A DNA stretch of 64,000 nt. It comes from Hydrolagus colliei (Eukaryota). The translations under genes and the position numbers were made by a program. The stretch is taken from the NCBI GenBank assembly GCA_035084275.1, contig CM068749.1:10230001-10294000 (forward strand). Direction: 5' to 3'. This document shows positions 49,557 to 62,504 of the stretch, in pieces. The notes under the pieces were generated by a model that had not been told where the DNA came from, searched no databases, and saw only the letters and a program-made list of their open reading frames with translations. Within the stretch, counting starts at the first letter, position 1; each line of letters begins with the position of its first letter.

Positions 49557-50291
49557 CTAACTATTTGGTGTGGACACCTCGACACTCTGCTTTTTTTTAA
49601 CCTTGTGTCACAGAATGTTTTGACTCCCACCTTGATCTCCGTTCTAATATCTCGAATAAGAATAGAAGCACCAAGTGCAGAAATCCCTTTAGTAATGCAT
49701 TTGGTTTTAACTGATGGCAGGTACCTTGGCAATGTTTCAGCAACTGGGATCATGATCTTATCCATTTCTTCCCGCTCCGTGTACTGTCATGAACTGGCGG
49801 TCAGACTGCAGCAGGGCATAAATGGCCACTGTATTATATAGGTGAATATAGCAGTTGATTTGTGCTCAATGATATCCCATAGACAGCCATGACGTGAATG
49901 AATGTCCAATTTTGTCTGGCCAAGATTGTTGGCAGAGAAGGGAGTCCTTTCCTGTAATGTATGTACTGTACTTCTAATACAGCACGATGTTGCATGTCTA
50001 ACTGTACTGCCAATAAAGAATGCTCCTTTTAATGTAAATTCCACCACTTACAATTGAACCAGTTTTTCCATTGTTAAGTCCTAGCATCTGCAGTGTGTTT
50101 GAAAACCGTGCATATGTGTGTCTCCATTGAACTGTATCCAGCACAGCCTCTTTGAGAGCTCAATTTCAGCAACTTAATGAAGAGTGATTTTTTTTTTGCA
50201 AAATGGATCTGGTGTCCAGCATATCAGGAGTGAATTGCAATTCTGTGTAACCTTTATATCCTTTCGAGTATTCTTGGTTTGCCTGCAGTTA

Positions 50292-50620
50292 GGAGGCCTG
50301 TCGCGTATTGGTTAGAGCACTCACCTCTCAAGCGAGAAGACCCATGTTTGAATCATACACAAAGTGAAACCTTAGGCATGTTTCCTTCCCAATTGTTGGT
50401 CGATTGGTGGATCGCATTCTGGGGGGGTAATAATACATTCCCCAAACTAATAATAGTTGGTTACTCAATCCATGACTGTTTGTGGGACATTAATATGTGC
50501 AATTTGCTGCTTTGTCTTGCCCACAGTATATATAGTCCATTCACTTCACAGTATATTCAGTGAAGTGCTTTAATATGTCACTGACGTAATCAGGTGCTAT
50601 ATCAAATACAAGTGTTGTTT
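50292..50620 (+). mobile_element. tRNA/Deu SINE, degenerate long type
   Basis: Head TTGGTTAGAGCACTCACC, GATTGGTGGATC block, Deu core, tail. Confidence 0.8.
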
Positions 50621-53100
50621 TTATTGGTTGATGTGATATTGCATATAAGAAGTGAATGAACACCATTACAAGGAAGTGTCAGGTTCATATTTGTTCCATT
50701 CTGTAGTATGTCTTGCACTGCTTAAGATGGAGGAGATTGAGCCCGATTTCAACAGATGGTTTTGATTTAATGTTTTGTGATGCCATAACGCTTGATGAGT
50801 TACACTAGAATGTGTCTTCAATGCTATGTTTGGGTTTGTAACTTGTTTGTTTTGTTTCCAAATAATGTTAATTATTCCTTGAATTAATTGAACTTTGATT
50901 TGCTGTGAAAAATCTAACCAAACGTGGATTCTGACAAAGTATCATGGTTCTGAACTAATGTTTATGAACCTCCCTTGACTGAAATGTAGTTCAATAATAA
51001 TGGTTGTATTTGATACACCTTAGCACATCATTGAGATGTCTTGAAGCACAAAGAGTAGTAACTACATTTTGTCAGTGATCTCGGCAGGGTATTTGTGAAC
51101 TGCAATGTCCCATCTGGGTTTGGAGATCCACAAAAAAAACCTCCAAACAAAATCTTCAGCGGAAACGGATTGCGTGAGTTGTGTCAGCACTCGAGTGTTG
51201 CCTGAGCTGATGTGCGTTACAGTTGGAAATAATTTCTGGTGTTTTGCTTGGCACTGGGCTTCTCAGCACCAAAGAGCTCCAGACAAAAATACAGGCTCCA
51301 GTTACAGTTTTTATTGCATATGGGAGAGTTGGGTGAAAATGTGAAGTCAGCCTTTTAACTGGTAAACTACTAAAGGAAATGGATTCTCTTCATTGTCCTG
51401 CAGCTTTTAAAGTTGAAACCTGTGCATTTCTCACAGGGCAGTTTAAAAAGTTCAGTCCACTGTAAACATTTGATTAAAGTGCCCTCTGTGCCAGTGAATA
51501 CAATCCAAGCCTAACCAGCCTTTCATGATAGTTTAAACCCGTTTCTCCCAGCCTCATTAGAGGAAATGATGAATGTGGTGTTTTTTGCACACAATACAGT
51601 AAAAAAAAAAGCTCCGTCTTGTACGTGTCTGCAGAAAATCTTAAATCTGCAAAATTACATTTTTAAAGGCGTTATACAAATGTAAATTTGTTGTTGTTAC
51701 TGCCGAAAGAAGCAATTACATTTACTCGTATAAAAGTTTTGTAAGCATTCATCTTTGCTTTGTGAAATTCAAATTCAGCTTTGAAATTGCTCACATGGCA
51801 ATTATTTTAATTTAAAAAAAACATATTTTGTCTTATTTAGGCTACAGGAAGACAGCCTCTGTACAACAATTAAACGCAGCATCGTTCATGAAACTTGAAA
51901 ATTCCATTTGACCAATCAAGCCTGTTTTTCTCTCTCTCAGATTTCCCCACTAACTTTGTGGAGAGCAAGATTGCGTCTAGATTATTCATCCAGCTTCACA
52001 CCTCCATTATTCAAAACCTGACCTCCATCCCATTGCCACAATCCACGTAGCAGCATGTAAATCAGTCATTCAGGACTATGTGGCTGGTCCAAAGTAAAGG
52101 AATGTCAGTCGTTGCTTCTACAATGGGTTGAAGCTCCTGTCTTTTTATCCAGCTCCCTCCCCTAGTCCAGGAACTGAAGCCAATTCCTGCCTTGGCTGAA
52201 GCCAAACTGAGATCAGCCATTGCAGGTTTAGAGGCACCCCTGTTTCCACTGGTCTTTGCCACACTGCAGATTGGAACAATAAAATAATAATAATTTGGTG
52301 ACTCAATTCACCACTGTTTGCAGGACACTGTGGTGGCAATTAGCTGCCACATATTGGGAATTATTATTATTATCATTATTTACCCAGAGAACTATGAGTG
52401 AAATTGGTTCCCTTTCACTAGTTGCTTATCTAGTGTAATCAGTGTGAATTGATAATGGAGAGCACACGGAAGGGTTCCTGGTTGTGACGTGTACTGCAAG
52501 TTTATTGAATGGTAATCAAAGTTAATTACCAGTATCTGGTGGGCCGGGAAGTGTACACGTAGTGTTACTTGGGTTCGAATGCTTGGGTTGTGTGGTTTGC
52601 GGTGGTCGAATCTCTTGTCTCGATGCCCTCAACCACCTACGGATCAGTTTTAGAATTGATCAGACCCCTACCAGTTTTGTACCGAATATGTGTTATGCAC
52701 ATCCGTGCCTCTTCAGTGCAAAGCAACAAGATCAAAGGTTTGCAAATGTTTGAAAAGGTAATTTTCTGTTTTATGTAATATTGATATAAATGTAATTTTT
52801 ACAGTTGTTGATATACTTGCATTTCATTTTTGGGCAGATGTCTTAAAGTGCTTCACAGGATTTACTGTAAAGTGTAACGTCTTTATTTTGTAGGCAAATG
52901 CTATACATTTATGGGCTAGATAATGTGCAGAGTTTAACCTTTAGCGCATTGACACACAACCTCTTCCTAATTGCCCGCGCCCCCAAATTAGGTAGTGGCT
53001 GAGGAACGTGCTTAGTTCATAATATCAATAATATCATAATATCAATATAATAAGATTGATTTGGATGAAGAATCCTCTTTGGCTCTGTAAGAAACATTTA

Positions 53101-53505
53101 CAACAACAACTTCAATTTATATAGCGCCCTCCACGCTGGACAAGCTTTAACAAACTGTTGTGATCTGAAATACCAGTTGAGGATATTTTTGTTATGATAT
53201 TTTAAAATGAAGTTTTATTTGCTTGCTACTTTCTTTGATTTCTAAACGTAACCTGCCATATGTAGTATCAGATCATAACAGATGAAGGTGTCTCATAAAA
53301 GGCACCAGTGCCACACAGAGGAAGCAAGAAGTGGAAATTGCACGGCTGGGGGATTTTGATGATCAAAATAAGACTTGAAGCTGCACAAACACGGCCATTC
53401 ACTCACTCTTGCTGCTACGATGACAGGAATCAGGGAAATTCAACAACAACAACTTGGATTTGTATAGCACTCTAATGCCGGATGGCGTCTCAGAGCGCTT
53501 TCAGG
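53101..53505 (-). mobile_element. Two very short L2 tail insertions (about 53101-53142 and 53441-53505)
   Basis: (AAC)n then TTTATATAGCGCCCTCCACGC and GCCGGATGGCGTCTCAGAGCGC. Confidence 0.7.
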
Positions 53506-55371
53506 TTCCGAAAAGAACCAGAAGTCTGAAGAACCAGAAGTCTGACTGAAGAAGTCAGAGGTCTGTGGTTCCAGCCTTAAGGCCACCAGAGTTTACTCCT
53601 TAGCCTTCAGCTCGGCACCAGTGAGACCTTCTGTCCCTGCCACCGGCCTCGTGTTACCAGTTCTCCTCCAGCCATCTTGAATCATTTTGGCAATGACCTG
53701 GACTGAGGTCAAATTTCTATTGCGCGTCTTGAAGAGAGAAGAATGCTATAAACTGAGCAAGGCTGTCGCCTTGTCGTGGTTACAACCTGTTCCAGAATTC
53801 CAGCACGAGATTTAGTTCAGAACCCAGATCGCTTTATGCCTCGAATGTCCACGTTGTGCTCTTTATAAATGGAAGAAAAATGAAATGATTCAAACGTGAA
53901 ATGCCTGACCTGCAGTTCAGTCAACAACAGCAACAACTTGTATTATGTAGCACCTTTCATGCAGGGCAGGGTCTTGTAGCGGTTTGGGGGCAGAGTGCTG
54001 CTGACACGAGACTGGGTTCATTAGCTTTAGGTCACGGATTTCCACAAAGCCCAACAGATTCTGACAAAAACCTCCACCCTCTCTTAACATCCTTTCATAA
54101 ACAAACTTAGTTACAGCGTCACTGAAAGTGAACTTTGTGGCAAGGTAAAAAGCAAACAGACCAGCCCACCTTTGTTTGTGGGGGTGCCTCAGCATTGTGA
54201 GCTGATTTTCCAACTTGAGTGATTTGCAGTTCAGCAGTTTTGCTGTAAAGCGTTCATTTGTTTTCTCAGGCATTGTCTGAACGTGGAAGTGAAACTAGTC
54301 TTTGATTTTTTTCCCCCCCAACTGTCGATGTCTGGAAATTGCTGTCTTGAGTAATGGCTCTATTATGTAATTCACATTTCACTTTCTTCTGTCTTTCTAC
54401 TGAGCGCATCTGAACCTGTACATGTCAGAATAGAACAATGGCGTGTTTATCTTGATCAGGGAAACAAGATCTTAGTTTAATGTCTCATCTGAATGATGAC
54501 ACCGCCAGCAATGCAGCAATTTCCCAGCACAGCGTTTGAGTATTCGCCCAGACTGTGATCTGAAAACCCCCGCATGGGGCTTGAATATCAACAATAACAA
54601 CTTGCACTCATATAGGGCCCTTCCCATGGCAGCATCTCAGAGCACTTAGGCAATCCGGCACAATAGTCAATTATTATGATCTGCGGATTCAGACAAGCTG
54701 AGCACAAGACAGAAGGATGAACTAGGTAACAGAGCAGATACTTAGTCTGGAATTCTACTTCCTCTTTCAAACTTTGTACACAATGTGCATTACATACTTG
54801 GTCTCCAGAGAACTCACTGAGCTCAAAGTGTGAAATTGTCTACCATAACATCAATGGGTGGTTGTCATAAGTCCCCAGTCTCTCAGGGATCTTATCATTT
54901 CAATCATGAACACTATTAATTGCGCTCATTCATGTTGTCACACGGCATCAGTCACTAGGTGTGTATTGCCCTCATCATTCATGCAGGTATATTTGGGAAA
55001 GCAACAGATCACGTTGACAGAACATTTGTTTTTTTTAAACAAAAGTTTGATTGATACCCTGATGTGATCTCAGGTGTTCCTGTGACGCATGGATCATTTT
55101 GGGGCAGAATTATTTTATCCTTGGGTTAAATTCAGTGGGCTACAAAATCCACAGACACTCCACTGTATAACAACAATGTGCATTTATATATCAGCCTTTA
55201 CATGGGGTAGCATCTCAGAGCACTTTACAGTTAAATGCTGGGTAGTGTTTTGAAACAAGATGTCTTCTCGATGTAAAACTTACTATATCCAATGTACAGA
55301 TTATTTTTTTATTTAGGATTTATATGTAGGAGGCAGCTCCTGTAATCCTGCAAGACAAAGCTTGGTTTGTA

Positions 55372-55690
55372 TAATATAATAATAACAATCCATGCATTTG
55401 ATAAAGCACTTTTTCACTTCTTCTAGATGTCTCAAAGCGCCTAACAGAATATACTGTATAGTGAATTGACTGTGTATATTTGTGGGTGTAATGCAGCAGA
55501 CAGTTGTACACAGCAGTGTCCCACAAACAGTCGTGGATTGAAATGACCAATTTATTATTTTTTTTTTCTTGAGGGATTATTATCAGGCAGGTGGAGTAAG
55601 GAAACTTGCCCAAGGTTTCACCCTGACTGGAATCGAACCATGTCTCTCATTTGCAGGGCGAGTGCTCTAACCACTGAGCTACAGGACTGC
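55372..55690 (-). mobile_element. Full-length short-type tRNA/Deu SINE
   Basis: Same structure as 34161-34463. Confidence 0.9.
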
Positions 55691-56585
55691 ACAATATGGG
55701 AGTTATTCCAAGGAGAGAGTGAGATAGGGAGAGGAAGATTTGCTAAACAAACTGTTTCTGAATGGTTCAATGCTGCTCACCTAAAATGAGGTTTAAGTGC
55801 TCAGTGCTGAGCGAGTAGAGCTATTTGATGAGTTTTATATATTTTGCTGACAAAATACACAGTCAATTTACTTTACAGTATATTCTGTGAAGTGCTTTCA
55901 GACGTCGCAAAGATGTGATAAGACTGTCATTGGCAGTAATTGTATAGCACTTTGAAACATTTTGATGTGACGAGGTGCCATTCAAAGATATAAGTGAGAT
56001 GGATTCGTACAGCGGCAATGGGAAGAGCAAGAAATATCCCACTCATTGGGATCTAAGGCTTTGTCTGTTTTAGACTACGTTTTAGCTCCTGCCTTTTTGT
56101 GCGAGATGTCCTATCATAGCACACGATGATACACTCAAAGTGCAACAGCTTGGCTGCTAAGGATTGCGTTAATGAGGGTGGAAATTTAGTCTGTTTTGCA
56201 AATTTCAATAAAAATACAGCAAACACGTACATAGACTGGATCCAATATTTACTGTATTCATAAAATGAAGTAAAGCATGGTCGTAGCACTACAATTCATT
56301 AAAGTTGACAACTTGACCCAGGATCTTGTTGAACTGCCGATCATCTTTTAAAGACTAGATGGGTCAGACAAGCGTAAACCATTTCTGCTTCGTTTTGCTT
56401 TCCTGATCAAATCGGGTTGAAAGCCCATTGCATACTCTCCACTTTAATTTAACCTCTACATTTTCCAGTCCTCAACCGGGCATTAAACTGTGGCGAGGCA
56501 CAATTAGCCTGAAATGGGCAGGATCAGATCAAGTCTGTCTGACATATTATCACAATTGTTCAAGTGCAGTGTTTACACCATTTGT

Positions 56586-57352
56586 AGAGTCCTGTAGCGT
56601 ATTGGTTAGAGCACTCAACAACAACAACAAAACTTACATTTATATAGCGCCTTTCACGTCGAGAGGACATCCCAAGGCGCTGTACAGTCAGGTAGGACAA
56701 GAGCAGGGTGGGAAGGATCAGGGCAGGATAAAGCATAGTAGGAAAAGTAACTGTATATTAGTGGGCGAAATGCGGCAGCCAAATTGCGCACAGCAGTGTC
56801 CCACAATCAGTCACGGAAGTGGGACTAGGGGCAAAAGGGGGTAAAGAAGCAAACGGGGAGGGGTCGAGGTAGGGGGAAGAAAGGCAGGAAAGTCGACTGT
56901 ATACTTGTGGGAGAAACGCGGCAGCCAAATTGCGCACAGCAGTGTACCACAAACAATCGCGAAAATGGGGCCAGGGGAGAAAGGGGGAAAAGAGGGTAAG
57001 GGGGGAAACGGAGGGAAAGGTGGGATGGGTTAGGGTTAGGGAGGAAGAGGGGGGAGAAAGGGGGGTAAGGAAGAGAGGGAGGGAAAGATGGGTGGGGGCA
57101 AGATCAGGAAGAGGGAAGAGGGAGGGAAGGGGAAAAGGGAGGAGAGAAAGTGGGGAAAGGGAGTGAGGGATGAAGAAGATGGGGGCAGGGGTGGGGGGAA
57201 TCAAACAACAATAATAAACAATAATAAACAACAAAAGCAATAATATTATTTATTGATACCTTGCAAATGAGACAATCTGCATTTGATTCCCGGGCAGAGT
57301 GAAACCTTAGCCAAATTTCCTTACTTCGCATGCCTCTGTTTACCTAGCAGTC
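56586..57352. mobile_element. Long-type SINE (+) split in its tRNA head by a 641-bp minus-strand composite (56617-57257)
   Basis: GAGCACTC at 56609-56616 resumes as ACCTTGCAA at 57258; the insert has an L2 tail, two Deu cores and a long purine tract. Confidence 0.8.
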
Positions 57353-60254
57353 TGTAAAGCATCCGGATGGAAAGCTGGAATCTATGAAGCAATGTTACTT
57401 TCCTTTTGACTGTAGGTTGTGAAATTGAAAGTGATAGTGGTGAAATATGAGGGAAGGATAATTGGCTTTGGAGAAATCATATCAAATGCTGTAAGATGGA
57501 GATGCTAATATTGATATTGACTCATCAAAACGAGAAAGGAATTCTCCAGGGGTCCTGGCCAACACTAATCTTCACTACTGTGCCCACTTCTCCAAGATTT
57601 AAATCCATTCACTCATTTTACTTGCCTTGATCCAGTGACTGCAGCTTGTTTCTCAATCTATGGTGAATCTTTGTACTTTATTAAATTAGTTTAGTACATA
57701 GATCTATCCTGTTGCCTTTCTATAAACTATTTCCCATGTACCCCTAAATATGTGTGTTTGTGTATCTTTATATATGTATATAATATAAAATACATATATA
57801 CATACACACACATTTTCCATCTATTCACAACAATGAAAACTGAACAATATCTCTCTGCTTCAAAGCTTTTTAAGCGCAAGCATTATCTCCTTGTGTTTCT
57901 GTGTATTTGCCGATGCGCAACAACCTATTTGCTTTGGCAATTCAAGATAACATGTTCAATGTTTGCTCTAAACCACTTCAATGTTTTTCTCCTGCTGTGC
58001 ACACTCATAAAGGGAGTAAATTTGGAAGGTCTGCGTTGTTTTGTTGGGCAAATTGTTATGCCACCTTAGCCATAACAATGAGTTGCATTTATGCAGCACC
58101 TTTCACATGGGGAGGATGTCCCAATTTGCTCGACAGTGAAAGGTATACACTGGAATATAGCAATGCTTTAGCCTTCTACTCATTCAACAAGAAAAAGAAG
58201 TGAATGGCAAAAGCTGAGGAATGCTGAACAATTACAAGATGAAGCTTTTAGATCTCCTTAGCCAAAAGACTATGTAACTAACCTTGCTAACACAGCCTCG
58301 CTATTTATTACCATCAGACACCCTTCTCCTCACTAGATGTAACTACCTATTGTGAAAATGACCCATTTAAATAATTACTGAGAAATAAACCCTGGTTTAT
58401 CTTGTCCCCAATGTGTTTATCGATTCTTGTCATGTAAAGCTCTGTTGATACCTTTGTTGGTACCACTGTTTCCACATTGAGAAATTTGCTTGGAAACTCA
58501 TTCAAATTAAATGCCTGTATCTTAGTCTCGGCTTTTGTCCTCATTATAAAAGGATTTGTCATGCGCTTAAAGCAAGGGATAAAAGCACCTGTACTGTTGA
58601 ATGGGATTTATTTTAGACAAAACCTAAATGGAACATGTTCTGAGGGAGGATAACAAAGCGGAAAAACTAAGCTCTTGTAGCAATTTAAAAAAAATAGATT
58701 TGAAACAAAAGACTAGCGAGTGTCTGGAGGAGAATCCCTTTTTAGTTGGAAGAAACAAAGAGATTGGGTTGTCTGCTCCTTCACTGATTGATGTCTTGTT
58801 GTTCTAAAAGCAAGTTCACATATGTTGTACCAAAGCAACAATGGCTGAATGGAGATTGACCCCTGGGGGTGCAGACAGTCCACATTTAGAGAGTTGAGTG
58901 CTGTTTTGCTTGTAGCTTTCACTAGCTATACCAGTCCTTGTTACAGTGCCTTTCGTATCAAGATGATATCAAAACAGGGTTTACTGTAATGACTCAGACT
59001 TTAAGGAAATACCCCTTCAGAACAGCTGAAAGTGACTTCCTCCAAGATCCAAGCTCTAGCAAAGGGTGGGGGTGGGGGAAATGATCTGGAGCAATATAAC
59101 CAAATCCATTCCACAAGTTAATATTTTGCACTTATTAATAACCCTTGCATGCTGAAGAGGCTTCACGGAGGCATAATTTTCCAGTTAACAGGATTTACTG
59201 TAAAGTGTAGTGACCCTATATTTTGTAGGCAAAATGCCCACATAAACAGGCAGATGGAACCTTGATTTGACATCTCATCCAATGGGTAGCACCTCTGACA
59301 TGCAGCCTTCCCCCACCCCACTTCCCTCTAGTGCGATGTCCTCCTGACGTGAAAGGCCTTATACAAATGCAATTTGCATTTGTTGTTATTATTGAAGTGT
59401 CAACTTAAACTGAGCTCAAAGCCCCAAGGCGGGAATGGGATATGAAACAATGCAGTTTGCTGATTTGAAAGTATGTAAACCAGTGTTGGTTAACATCTTT
59501 GGTTGGGCAACAAAATAAATGCTTCTTGATGGAATATTTCTTGATTGATGGCATAAATCTCTACTATTTTGTTATTTCTATGATTAGTTTATTGGCCGAC
59601 CAAAAAGATTGAAAGAAAATGCACTCTTTGTTCGGAAGTGACTAATATTAAATAATGTTCAACCGTTAGAGCTTCATTGAAACAAAGGAGTGAGTATGGA
59701 GTCTGAGGTACACACACAGAGATAGAATACTGCAAGTGCCATCTGTTTGTTTTGCCACCCTGGAATGATTGGTATGTGCACTGTGGAGACATATAAGTAG
59801 TACAGCAGGAGTTAGAGCCACCACCCGCTGTCAAAAGCCAGTCGTCTCTGTCACAGCTGCTTGCCCCAGTTTATCAATGTTCAATGTCCTGTAGCTTTGA
59901 GGCATTACTTCCCTTGGAATCGTCTTTTTTACCCTCTGTGACATTTAAGTAGCAAAAAAAACATAGCGAGTCTACCCCCCAACATCGTGCAAGTTCCTGT
60001 GTTTAAACCTGATGACCCAGTCTTGAATTTTTGATTGGTGAACTCTCATCACTTTGGTTTGGAGACACCCAAGTGTGATGATGGGTTTCTACAAGTGTCA
60101 GATAAGCAAAAGAGCATTGTTATCTAGAGAACATTGTGTAATCTGTCCTGTTACTGGTTTTCCTCTGAGTCCCAGGGCACTGAATCAGATTGTTTATACC
60201 CCTTGTGTTGCCCATCTGAGACACACTAACTCACCATAGGCTGGCAATTAAATC

Positions 60255-60690
60255 CGTATCTTGCCAGCCTGCATGATTCAACTGCTTATTCAAAACTCAC
60301 TGAGAAAATAAGGGAAAGAGAGAAACAGAGAAGGTTGCTAAGATTTGGCCCTTTATCTTGATGGGACCCAGAATATTGCAGAACTAAAGTTTCTATAGCA
60401 ACATTTAGCCCGCACGCTAAGTAAACAGTTACCGTGATTTGTGGGTGGAAAATGGTGAATTTCCTTTGGCTGTTGTGGTTAAGCTTGGACAGGAAAAGTA
60501 TTTGCAATTTACAGTGCAAGGCTTGAAGCAACAGAGAGGAGAGAGGGAATTTCCATACTCGTGTTGCATTTTCCAAAATTGTACACTGGAAATTAAGCAT
60601 CCACATTGGAAATTCCAGAGATGGATTATTAGAATGGAATGTGCACTCTCTCCCTGGAGGAACATAACCTGCTTTAGAATTCCTACAAAT
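60255..60690. repeat. Unclassified palindromic/MITE-like repeat, copy 3
   Basis: CTTGCCAGCCTGC (as near 8080), GGGAATTTCC (60545-60554), GGAAATTCC and CTCTCTCCCTGGAGG (60646-60660). Confidence 0.5.
60389..60427 (+). promoter_or_regulatory. RFX X-box with nearby forkhead site
   Basis: GTTTCTATAGCAAC (60389-60402) fits GTHNYYATRRNAAC; GTAAACA at 60421-60427. Confidence 0.35.
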
Positions 60691-61343
60691 AATTTTATTT
60701 AATATATTATATCGATTATAAATAGTCTAATTGCTGTTGTACACTGCTGTGCGTAATGGGCTGCCGCGTTTCACCCACAAATACACAGTCAATTCACTTT
60801 ACAATATATCCTGTTAAGCGCTCTAGAAGACGTGAAGGCGCTTCTAGAATAAATGCAATATTATTATTAATAGGATGAAAGGATTATTATTAATATTTTT
60901 CTACAAATGGTTTGCCTTGCTTTAAAGCAATTTCCTGTGAGATGCTTTGATCCTTTTGCCATTATAGGCTGCCAATTAGGATTGTCATTATTGTTGTGGC
61001 GATTGATGCCTCTGTGAAGCTTAAGTGTACAAAGGTTGTACTGTAAAAGGTTTGAAATATTAATTAAGTGAATGGAATTTCCCCTCCTCTACTCGTGCCA
61101 TAGTTTGGATCTTAAAAATAGTCACTTGAAGATGTGCTGAGGTGGGTATTTCCCAAAGCTCGAGGAGTTTCACTTTCCAACTGGTGTCATCATCCACAAG
61201 TGCAGAACAAAACCATGCTGCATTCATTGATTCAGTCAGTCTACTCTATCTACTGAGTGAAGTCAGTCTTCAGTGCATGAAGCATATTATCGTGTGGCCA
61301 GAGGACAATTTGTGGATTGTGAGATACAGATCTGGATATTGCA

Positions 61344-61361
61344 ATGAATCTTCCACGTAAG
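61344..61361 (+). CDS. Candidate alternative first exon (MNLPRK, phase 0)
   Basis: GCA-ATG-AAT-CTT-CCA-CGT-AAG|GTAAAT; phase compatible with the RGL1 common exon; otherwise unsupported. Confidence 0.22.
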
Positions 61362-61482
61362 GTAAATCACTAACTGGTCTTGGCGTGATTCGGGTGAGAA
61401 AGTTGAACGACGGCATTAGCTTGAATGTACCTGTGGCAAATACAGATCATCATTAGAACAATGCCTATAATTAATCAATCAA

Positions 61483-61620
61483 AACTTTTATATAGCGCTT
61501 TTCACGTCGAGAGGACGTTCCAAGGCACTGTTTAGTCAGGTAGCGACAAGAGCACGGAGGGAGGGGTGGGGGCAGGATGAAGGAAAGTAGAAAAATTGAC
61601 TGAATATTTGTGGGCGGAAC
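61483..61620 (-). mobile_element. Deu-SINE/L2-tail chimera
   Basis: Same tail-to-Deu junction as about 56640-56775. Confidence 0.7.
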
Positions 61621-62504
61621 ATAACATGTTAACATTGAAATGTCTTGCAAGGAACATCACTGTCTAGTGTATTGACTGTATTTGTAGGCAAATTCATATG
61701 GTTAGCAATGTGGGAACCCTTCCCGAACCCAGAAAAATGACCATCTTGCATGTGGGGCTGCTCCAAAGCTTTGGTTCTTACTTTTTAATTTGAAGCTTGT
61801 ACTGTACACAATTCCTGTTCCATGAACCAGTTTCTGATCGTATTTCCTAAGGCAATTTTCCCTGCGGCTTGCCTTCAAATGCACCAAATCTCAAATAGAT
61901 TTAAGCTTCACTGCCTAACGTTCAGATCACCAAAAGGGGTTGTTACAACCCTTGCATTCTATGTGCATTACTAATATTGTGGTGCTTATTCAAGAGCATC
62001 TGGGATGCTGAGTTTGTGCTCAATAAAGCACTACAATTCAATTTTCCTTCCCTCTGGCACATGTGCAAATGGTTCATCCCTGCCTAGAATTCAATTGCAG
62101 TAAATTAGATGCAACCGTGTGAAGGAGGGTTCACTTATCTATGAACCTGGCTATCTGTTGTCATAACATAGCCTCAAAAATATTTATATTTACCGGTTAG
62201 TGCAATGCAATGGCTTGTTATTTCGTATGTAGATGAAAATTGAACCAATTTGCACACAGCATTGTCCTACAATCTGCCATGCAGTCGATCACCAATTGTA
62301 TCTGAGGGAATCGTTGGCCAAGATAAGGCAAGAAACTTGCTTCTTGTTTTGAATACTGTAGTGTAGAAAAGAAAGAATAATATTACCGTAAAACTTCCAT
62401 AATCCGGCACAGTTGGGCCCACTCACCTCCTGGATTTCGGAGTTTGTCTGTAGTTAGAAACCCACCTCAAAATGGCTGGGGAAGCTCGGCCCCATGTGTG
62501 CTAG

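Noticed and set aside
49553-50047. Cluster of three overlapping 70-86 aa ORFs after a possible acceptor
   Set aside because: No recognisable protein family and no matching donor; cannot be supported
52729-52738. TCF/LEF site AGATCAAAGG in a CpG-containing unique block
   Set aside because: A single short motif is expected by chance in 64 kb; no supporting cluster
2403-55690. tRNA genes or a CRISPR-like array from the recurring 300-bp units
   Set aside because: The tRNA-like heads run into Deu cores and L2 tails, and copies are dispersed, diverged and in both orientations: SINEs, not tRNA genes or repeat-spacer arrays
56758-57331. 160-aa and 75-aa P/L/S-rich ORFs
   Set aside because: Translations of the low-complexity purine/pyrimidine tract and SINE cores
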